A stretch of DNA of 61,186 bases, filler included, from Jimgerdemannia flammicorona (Eukaryota), in NCBI GenBank assembly GCA_003990765.1. It is 3 parts of 3 records of this genome, joined end to end, with 100 filler letters (N's around TTAATTAATTAA, not from the genome) between each part and the next. Parts side by side here need not be neighbours in the genome. Positions count along the whole stretch, not along the records: positions 40,860 to 61,186 come from RBNJ01001710.1; 2 more parts are not named here. One strand, 5' to 3'. The position numbers and the translations under genes are program-made. Each line of letters begins with the position of its first letter. The stretch's first letter is position 1. Positions 52,268 through 61,186 of the stretch are shown piece after piece. The notes under the pieces were generated by a model. It saw only the letters and a list, made by a program, of their open reading frames with translations. It did not search any database and was not told where the DNA came from.

Positions 52268-54851
52268 ATGTCGACAGATCAGTCTTCAACAGTTCACAGT
52301 ACCGATGATGCTTCAAGTCAAATATTCCTGATAGTTCCACACCTTCCACATAATCCTCACTCTGAAATCTGGCAACATTGTACTAAGATAGGAGATGATG
52401 TTGTTTGTAATTATTGCAGGTAAAAAATTAAGATACACCTATTGACACTTTGTTTTGACACACACATGATATTGTTTGACACACATATGATATTGTTTCA
52501 TCCACCCCCATAAACTGCACCAGCCAGAAGTTCAAAATGCTTGGGGGTATGACTTCGAACATGAATTGACACATAAAAGACAAGCACTCTGACAAAATCA
52601 AAAAGAACACAGAGACAAATAAAATCGACATCCAAGCTGTGGTGGGTACGTTTATCCGATTGCCTGACCATTTCTGTACCAACAACGCCATTTAATCAAA
52701 AATTTTAGCCATACTCTTCGGCAGAATTTCGAAATCGGCTCATTCGCTGGATTGTGTGTACAGACCAGCCATTCACAACCATTGAGAGTGATCAATTGCA
52801 TAGCATCTTTGGCCTCCTCAAGCATGATTTATATTTGCCAAGTACCGATACTATTCACAAAGATGTCCTGGAGACCTATAGGAAGGAGTACAACAATCTC
52901 TGCCAGACACTTCAGATAAAATAAGGGCAGCACTGTGACCTTTGCAAGCTGAATTATACAAAAGAGCTCACCAATTTAACCTCACATTCAATAAGCAGAA
53001 TTCGGCAGGCAAAATTTCATTTACGATCGACACATGGACATCCCCCAATACAATTTCGTTTTTGGGCATTACCGGTCATTGGATTGATCTCAATTGGCAG
53101 CTTAAATCTCTCACCCTTGACTTTGTCAAACTTGCTGGCCCTCATTCTGGAGACAACATTGCAGATACTTTTATTAGTTGTATCTGGGAGCTTGGGATCA
53201 CTACCAAGGTAAAAAAGGGGGGCTTGCCATCAGGTCGGCATTTTGAGGGAGGTCCTAAACCAAACCAGATTTTATTGGTTACTTATTTTCATATAAATTT
53301 GTCAACCAAATATTTCAAGTACAGATTTTGGCCATTATGATAGACAATGCCACAAACAACTCAACATTTTTCCAAGGTTTAGTGGCCAGCCTCAAATAGG
53401 AAAACATGGCCTTCAGTGCAGAAAGCTGCCATGTGCGATGCCAGGCCCATGTACTGAACCTCGCTGTTCAGGACTATCTTACACATATAGACAAAACATC
53501 TGAGAGAGGAGGGGCCCTGAGTATAATTTCCAAGCTGTGCAAACTGGTTGTGTCAGTCTGATTGTCCCCACAACGATGAGACAAATTCGCTGTGCAGTGT
53601 AGAGCAATCAGTTTAGCCCCGAAAGAGCTTATATTGGATGTCTGTATGTGTTGGAACTCAACATTTATAATGATCCAGCATGCGCTGGAGTTTGCTGTGG
53701 TATGTATCCTTTTTTTCTTCAGTCGGCTGAAGCAACTGTTTCAGATGATGGAAGATTTATTTTTTAAAAAAAAAAAAAAGCCAATAGATTCAACGATGGC
53801 TACTGACAAGGAAATACAGGCTGAGGCTCTAGGTGAAAGCGAGTGGGATGTACTTAGGAATGTTGTCAGAGTTTTGGAAGTAAGTGGTGATTGCCCTGGC
53901 TCCACACTCATTTTGTCTGCCTCTATACAGTGCAACACCTCACCACATATAACTGCCAGTGTTTCGATGATTGTGCGAAGGATATAGTCAAACAAACGAT
54001 CCCGACAATAAGCTCTGTGATACCAGTATACAACCTTCTGATTGACCAGCTAGAGGACAAGCTCGAGGACAGGCTGGAGGGTTGTGGTGATTTATGGTTA
54101 AGCTCGGATCAGAGAGATGCTATGGTGGTTGCTCTAAGCAAGCTTAGAAAATACTACACCCAAAACAGATACCGCTGTATACTCAATCAGTACAGGTATG
54201 TCGATGTCAGCATGTAGCTGTTACCCCTTCCAAAATAGAGGAAACCCCGCAAAAACTCACTCTCCTTTTCTTCGAACAGTGCTGGACCCACGCTTAAAGC
54301 TACAATACCATAAAGATCAGGGCTGGGAGCAGCACTTCATTGAGAGAACCAAGTAGGCCATAATTGAAGTGTACTGGAAAAACTACACACCACCGCAAGG
54401 TTCTGGCCGAAGTCCGGATGAATATGCCGAGGAATCCCTCTTGTCCCACATTTACTTTGGCAGAAAGAAGAAGAGGGAGCTGTCAGTGGAAGAGCTGCCA
54501 TCAATAGACGAACTTACCATTTACCTTGCCAGTGACCATGTGGTCCTGCTGGAGGGCACAGAAGTGCTCAACTGGTAGAAGGTGGGTTGTTTGGCGGGTG
54601 TTGGGCCAATTTAACTCACCAATCTAACCACTGCTCTACTCTACCCACCGGGCATGCAGCTGCATCAAACAGACTTCCCCAGCCTGTGTGGTATGGCTCG
54701 GGACTACCTGGTGATTTCTGCCTCCAGCACTCCCGTCGAGCGGGTGTTCTCAGGTGGGGTGGACCTCGTTGCCCCAAAGAGGTGTGCGCTGAATGCTGAG
54801 ACAATCCAGGCGTGTATGTGTCTGAAGTCTTGGTGGGGCTCGGGCTACTAA
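52268..54851 (+). pseudogene. Intron-containing hAT transposase (BED finger, DDE core, dimerisation domain)
   Basis: EIWQHC..VCNYC / TSNMN*HIKDKH; FTIDTWTS; IDNATNN; RCQAHVLNLAVQ; DV..CWNST; FPSL..MARDYL.I.ASSTPVERVFS; premature stops of C->T type. Confidence 0.92.
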
Positions 54852-54979
54852 AATTCGGTGGGTCTGTGGATAAGTTGGTTGGCCTTGTAGAATATTTAAT
54901 ACCTTTCAAATTAATAAAAAGGAAAAAAACCTGAGGACTCGGCCCGGAGTTTGCAGCCAAAGTGGGGCGGGATTGGCAG

Positions 54980-55280
54980 TCCCAAGCTGCCAGTGCCTGG
55001 ATCGGTGGGTGGGTCGGTGGGCGGGTCGGTGGAGGGAGTGCACAAAATTTACAGCCCTCCACCGGCAGCAAGGGGCAGCCCTGAGCCACAAGTGTCTGGG
55101 TCAGGGGGGGAGGCGGAGGGAGTGCGCAAAATTTGCAGCCCTCCACCAGCAGTGAGGGGCAGCCCCAAGCTGTCAGTGCCCAGGTCAGTGGGCGGGGTCG
55201 GTTGGCAGGTGGGGCAGGTGGAGGGAGCACACAAAATTTGCGGCCCTCTGCCAGTGGCATAGGGGCAGCCCCAAGCCGCC
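54980..55280. repeat. About three G-rich ~75-105 bp tandem units between the convergent genes
   Basis: Recurring GGAGGGAG(T/C)..CAAAATTT..GCCCT...AGGGGCAGCCC. Confidence 0.75.
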
Positions 55281-55564
55281 AAGGAGTCTGGGGCGGAGGG
55301 TGCTTCTGGTGGTCGGAGGGTACTTCTGGTGGTCGGAGGGTGTTTCTAGTGGTCGAAGTCACCGGTTCGGGTCCCACAGGCACCCCGGCCCTGCGCCACA
55401 GCGCCACACTGGTGGCACTACAGAGCAGGGCCGATGGGCTGGTAGGGCCCTGCATAACGGCTAAGCTAGTGCTACATAAGAGGCGCCCGGCCTAACCCCC
55501 CCACATAAGACTGCCCAACCCGCACAAAATGGCTGCCTAACCCTCACGAAAGATTATCTAACCC

Positions 55565-57600
55565 TTACAAAAACTGCTCCACCCACCAGTCCCAGGCCTT
55601 GATGAGCCTGTCATCTGTTGTGAGTACAACGACTATTGTATCCGAGCTCTCCTTGAAGGCGATAGTGCCATAGTGGTCGTGTGGTTGGAATAGGATGGCC
55701 GTGTTGGCCATAAACAGGACCCCGAAACTATAGGTAAGGTTGTACCAGACTCCGCCGCTGTCCTCCCAGGTTGGGCCCTTCCTTTCCGGGATATAAAACA
55801 TTACTAGGGTGACGTTGTTATCTGTGTGTGTGGGCAGAGAAAGGTTGCACCCGACATATCCTGATGTGATGTGAGTATACAGTTGGGTGAACCCTTGGCC
55901 CAGGACCTCATACTGCCAGACTGTGCTGGTGGATACCTGCCCTTGGTCCAGCCCTAGGAGCCCCAGCTTGGAAACCTGCCAAAATGGATGGCAACTGGTC
56001 AGTCCTTTTTGCGTTCAGGGGGCAGAAACCCCCCGGGCTGCAGAAACCCCCCGGGCTGCAGTACCCCAAAAAAGCAGAGCTCCTCACCTCATACGGCATG
56101 CTAAATTACGCCAAGAACGTACATACAGCCACACCGAGATCACCACCAAGCTGGTCTGCTGTACGCTCTACCAATCTGCTCAAAGAACCCCAGATCATAG
56201 CCGCAATCACCACACAGGCCGTGTCATGCTCGTGTGCAGTTTGCTCTTTGACAGCACTTCTAAAGTTCCAGTAGGGGTACAGAATCTTGTGCATCTCTGG
56301 AATTGTATCAAAAAGAGTATGTTGGCGAAGAGTGTGATTTATCTGGAGAGGGGTTAAAAAAAAAGGGAGATGAGTGTAGGGGATTTCGGAACCCACTCTT
56401 CGCCAGTGTTGCAGTATACCCAATTCCCATCCAAACCCCCCCTCCTTGCTTTTTTCGCCCCCTCTTCCCTGCCACCTGGTATTTGACGCAATCCTCACAA
56501 ATCTTGTTGATGTGGCGGCGAAGCTCATTGCCGTAGAGGTTCCTTACCACCATCACAACCACCTCTCTGCGTTTGTTAATAAAGATATGATTCTTTTCGT
56601 CATTGGTTACTCCTGCTGGCCAATGGACCCCTTGGTTGAGTACGATTGGCTCTGATTCAAATGTAGACCCCCAAGCCTTGATGACAATGCTGGTACTGCT
56701 CATGCTGAACATCTTGCCCTCGAATTTCTCTATTTGATCAGATGCCAGACATAGTTGAACTTGGGTAACTTTGAACTCTCCTTTCTACTGGAACTGAGCC
56801 CTGATCTGAGGGACCGAGATAAGTATGCGGACGGGTTATGTACGGGCGGGTTGCATGCGGGTGGGTTGTGGGTGGGTTGCGTGCAGGCGGGTTGCATGCG
56901 GGCGGGCAGGTTGTGTGCAGATGGGTTGTGTGTGGGTTACGTGCAGGTGTGGGTGTTTTTTAGGGGGAGACCATGTAAAAATGAAATTAAATAAAACACG
57001 GAGATGGGTATTTCAGAAAAAGAGCATGAGTGAGTGAGCTGTATGTCGACAAGTTGCATACCGATGAGTTGCACGCCGACGAGTTGCATGAGTTGCACAA
57101 GAATTGCTCACGAAGGCTTGCTTCTGTTCCTTTTGAGACCTCTGCCACGCAATGCATTGACTCAACAGCTCAGCCACCAAAGGTATGCCCCACAACGTCC
57201 ACCAGCCTTTCTTCATCTTGACCAGATGTTGCGAATAAAGTCAGCAGATCTCGCCATAGAGCTGTGGACCCTGAGAAAAGCACAAGGTGAATTGGATCAT
57301 GCTGGGGAAGTTTAAATAAATAAACACAAGTAAACAAGTGGCAGCTGAGTGAGCAACCTACATCTACTATCGGCTGCTCCAAAAAGGCTGCCATGTACAT
57401 AGCTGTGAGGTCTGTGAATTCCGAGGTCCGAAGGGCCACCGTGAGTTGTTGCCGGAATTCTCCCTCATCCCCGCCATTGCCATCGCTATCGCCACCACCA
57501 CCGCCACCACCGTCACCCCTTTGGCTCTCGATGAGCAGCTTGTGTGCTGTCCATATGAGAAAGAATCTAACATTGTCAGCAGAGAGTGCATTTCTACCTT
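55565..57600 (-). pseudogene. Putative TET/JBP-like 2OG-Fe(II) dioxygenase carried by the hAT (5 predicted exons; 5' end uncertain)
   Basis: Exons ?-57362, 57270-57112, 56805-56397, 56342-56088, 55975-55565 with GT..AG introns; last exon has CNLSLPTHTDNN, SGGVW...YSFGV, ILF..HDHYGT. Confidence 0.65.
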
Positions 57601-57828
57601 GAATACTCCCTCTTTTGATGATTATTACAAGGTGAAAAATGAGTAGACTGGACCAACATACAAATTTAGGGCTGCTGTTTTGTTTGCTTGTGATGCAGCA
57701 GGAAAGAACAAAGAAAAAGAACAAAGAAAAGAGAGGGAACAAAGGAAAGGGTGATGTCACCAAAGTGTGGCAGAAAAAAAAACCAAGAGTGAAATGAACA
57801 AAAGAAAGGGTGACATCACCAAAGATTT

Positions 57829-57960
57829 CAATCCAAATGGATCAATCCGGATGGGTCAATCCAGATGGATCATCCAGATGGATCATCTGGATGGATCAAT
57901 CCGGATGGATCAATCCAGATGGATCAATCCGGATCAATCTGGATCAATCTGGATCAGATC
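57829..57960. repeat. Right subterminal array (GGATCAATCCGGAT-like units)
   Basis: About 9-10 degenerate 10-14 bp units. Confidence 0.85.
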
Positions 57961-60900
57961 ACAAGACTAATCTGAGTTGATTCGAATCTATCACATGACG
58001 AATCTGAATCGAATCTCATCCAGATCAACTCCATTCGTTCGGAGCACTACTTCTTGAGCTTGGTATAAAGCTTATGCTTTTGCAGAATCTCCAGGACTAT
58101 TTAAATATATTTGAGATATTTTTCTTTAGTTGCACTAAAGATCAAGATGTCATCAAGATATACTAATAGGAAAATAAATAGTTAGTTCTTAGATATCTTA
58201 TTTATCAGAGTCTGAAATATAGCAGGTATATTGGTGAGACCAAATGCTAAGACTAAGAATTTGTAGAGTCTAAAGAAAGTCATAAATATAGTCTTGAGAA
58301 TATCTTCTGACTTAATTTGAATCTAGTGGTATTCTGATATGAGGTCCAACTTAGTGAAGTACTTGACATTCTTGAGAGCATCAAAGATTTGATCAATCAA
58401 GAGTAGCAGAGAGCAGTTCTTGACAGTAAGCTTGTTGAGTATATGATAGTCTATACATATTCACAGAGTACCATCCTTATTCTTGATGAATAAGACTAGT
58501 AAGCTATAAGGAGATTTGCTTGGCTGGATGGCTTCTTATATAAGTAGTTCTTTTAGTTCTTCCTTGACTTTTTCAATTTTAAGTAGTAATATGTAGTATA
58601 TATATTTCTTAGATAGTATAGCTCTTAGGATTAGTTTGATTTTGTAATCAACTTCTTGTATAGGCAGTAGGCCAGGTAGCTTGTCTAGAAAGACATCCTT
58701 GAATTCTTCTAGTAGTAACTTGATGCTTTCATTGACTGATAGTCTCTTGTCTTGTTTCTTGGAATAGACTATTATAATAAAGACATATATTGTCTTCTTG
58801 AGTGTTCTTTTATATTATATAGCTAACAGTATTACAATCTAAGTCTTACTCATGATCTTATCTGTCTTGATAGTGATGTTGGCTCTATCTTGAAGTAAGG
58901 TGACTTTATTCTTATACCAATTAATGTCTGAGTTATATTTTATAAGTCAGAGTTTTTCTAAGATTAGGTTATGATCTCCTAGTAATACAATCTCAAATTC
59001 TACTCATTCTCAATATTTCTAGATCTTAATGAGTAGTTTGGCAGCAATTGACTTAATGGGATACAAAGTACCATCTGTAGTGACTATACTATTATTCTTA
59101 GATATAGGCTTGATAAGGATCTTGAGGCTTTCAATGAGGTTCTAATTGATGAAGTTCCCTATAGCTCCACTGTCTATAAGTACTTGGACTTCTTTTCCTT
59201 TAACTAGGCCTTTGAAAATAAGTATAGCTTGAGATCAATTTTCAATAAGACTTACTGCTTGATCAGTACTACTAAAATCTTTTTGATCTCACTTAGTTTC
59301 AGAGAGTTCTTGGACTTCTGTGATCTTGAGTTGACTAGCTTTTTCTAGGATTATTTGTATAACTTAGTCTTCTTCCTTGACTATATAGTCTTAATCCTTC
59401 TAGTTGATAAGCAAAATTTGAACTTATCCTTGAAAGTCTGAGTCAATGATACTAGCGCTTATATCTAAATAATATTTGACACTGAGTTCTGATCACAGTA
59501 CAATTCTGGCATAATGTCCTTTAGAACATTGAACTGCAATTTCAGTAGGCACTAGAGTTTGGCCCTTGGCTGGAATGATGACTTGTTTGACAGAGTGTAG
59601 GTTAAGACCAATAGCTCTTTTTATTTGATATTGAGAGACCTGGGTCTTTGGATGAAGTTTCTTAATCTTGAGCTCAGATTGACTAGTAGTAGGATTGATG
59701 GATATATCCTTGAACAATATAGTGACTGGTCTTGAGGGTTTGCTAGTCTTCTTAGGATATTTGGTTGCAATATATTCTATTTGATGACAGAAAAAATAGG
59801 CTCTAGATTTCTTCAGATAGTCCTTTTCTTCAGAGGTAAGCTTGGTGTTCTTTTTGTTCATAGTGTCTAAGTCTATTGATACTGGGCTAACTATCTTTGA
59901 TTGGTTTTGTAGCAGTTCTTGAAGTGGTTCTTCTTATAGTATTTTGGTTCAAAGTAGTTGCCAAAGGTGATAATATCAAATCTATTAGTAATTCTCATAG
60001 CTTCATTAAGATTTTTGGACTCTTCTAGCTCAACCTTAACTTATGTATTTCCCTTTAGACCTTGGACATAGTGGTCTATCTTTTCATTCTCAGATATTGC
60101 TAGTAGCTTAAGTAGAATTGACAAGAATTATATATTATAGCTCTGTATAGACTTGAGTTGCTTGATGTTTACTAGCTTGTCTCTGATTAGCTTGATAGTA
60201 TTAACAGACTTGAACTGCCTATGAAGGACTCTCTTAAAAGCTTCTCAGTCTCTGATTTGTATATATAGGTATATAAATATAGTTATAATATGATTGTGCT
60301 ACCAGATAGCTATATTTCCTTAGAGAAGTATAGTAGTAAATTAGACTTATATATCTTCTTTCATTCTTATAAGTTTGAAGTATTAGTCTAACTAAAAGAT
60401 CCATACATCTGTAGATAGTCCTCTTTAATAATTATTGAAGGTATCTGGCTTGAGTAACTTGAAACTAACTAGTACTATAGCAGAATGTGATATACTTATA
60501 GTTCTTGTTTTCTACTATTCTAGTTATACTTGAAGTTCTTAGATTTGATGGACTATAGTGATAATCATATGTATCTTCTATACCAACTTACAGTCCTTTT
60601 GCTTCTTCTATAGCAGAGAGGTCTGGCTGGTAGGCTGACTCTTTGGGTTTATATAATTAGTTGTGACTAGTTTCTGAATTTGTGTAAAATTTCTTAATAA
60701 GATAAGATATAATGACACTACTATTATCAAGTATAATAGTTCTAGTTTCTTTAAGAGAAAGTAGCTAAATCTAGAAGTTCTAGTTAGTCTAAAGTAGCTT
60801 GAAGAGATACTTAAAGATTCAAGTATTTTTGAAGAATTTCTGAGAGAAAATATTCTAAGATTTATTTAGATAAAGAATAATGATATTTATACATAATCTG

Positions 60901-61186
60901 AAAGAAAGATCTGGAAGGATCTTAAAAAGAAAGAGAAATGCTAAGAAATAGGTTTTTAGTAAAGATGACTAATATAGTTCTACAATGTTCTAAAAGGTTC
61001 TATATATAACTAGCTAAGATAAGATACTTAGTGTCAAGAAAAGACAAGAATGTTCTAGTGATGTCTAGATGCTAAGAGAAGGTTTCTAAGTAAGTAAAAG
61101 GTGGTAGAACATAGTAGAATATTTAAAAAATAATGTAAAAATATACTAAGACTAAATATAACTATGAAATTATTATAGAGAGGGGG

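Larger units (their letters stand above)
51738..58049 (+). mobile_element. 6.3-kb hAT DNA transposon with transposase and a second, convergent gene; inserted in family C RT
   Basis: TIR TAGTGCTCC/GGAGCACTA; 8-bp TSD CTTCTTGA at 51730-51737 and 58050-58057; RT resumes on both sides. Confidence 0.95.
43395..61177 (-). mobile_element. Family C Ty3/gypsy tandem (LTR-internal-LTR-internal-LTR); gag-dUTPase-PR-RT-RH-IN-chromodomain
   Basis: LTRs 43395-43836, 48948-49379, 60732-61177; PPT at 43837 and 49380; TSD GGGAG (43390-43394) / GAGAG (61178-61182). Confidence 0.9.

Noticed and set aside
54616..55495. 279-aa and other Pro/Gly-rich ORFs in the hAT spacer
   Set aside because: Products of GC-rich tandem repeats.
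55489..55566. CCTAACCC motifs resembling telomere repeats
   Set aside because: Three dispersed copies, not a tandem tract, and not at an element junction.

Overview
This 61-kb window is a gene-free cluster of nested eukaryotic transposons, probably fungal (short spliceosomal introns, heavy C->T / G->A decay). Two 100-nt scaffold spacers (N44-TTAATTAATTAA-N44) break it. It contains: (i) three Ty3/gypsy chromovirus-like LTR families (A, B, C), each with a dUTPase between the Gag zinc knuckle and the protease; family A has ~1.5-2.1 kb LTRs that carry their own ORF, and family C is a three-LTR tandem; (ii) four copies of a ~1.2-kb poly(A) retroposon with a fixed 5' end; (iii) an endonuclease-less Penelope-like element (PLE) with fold-back terminal repeats, inserted in a hAT MITE; (iv) a hAT family (TIR TAGTGCTC, 8-bp TSDs) with two MITEs and a 6.3-kb element. 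Top candidate: besides its transposase, the 6.3-kb hAT carries a convergent 5-exon gene whose last exon has HxD...GG...H(Y)GT motifs of a TET/JBP-like 2OG-Fe(II) dioxygenase, a possible transposon-borne anti-silencing enzyme. All protein calls come from manual motif reading; no searches were run.
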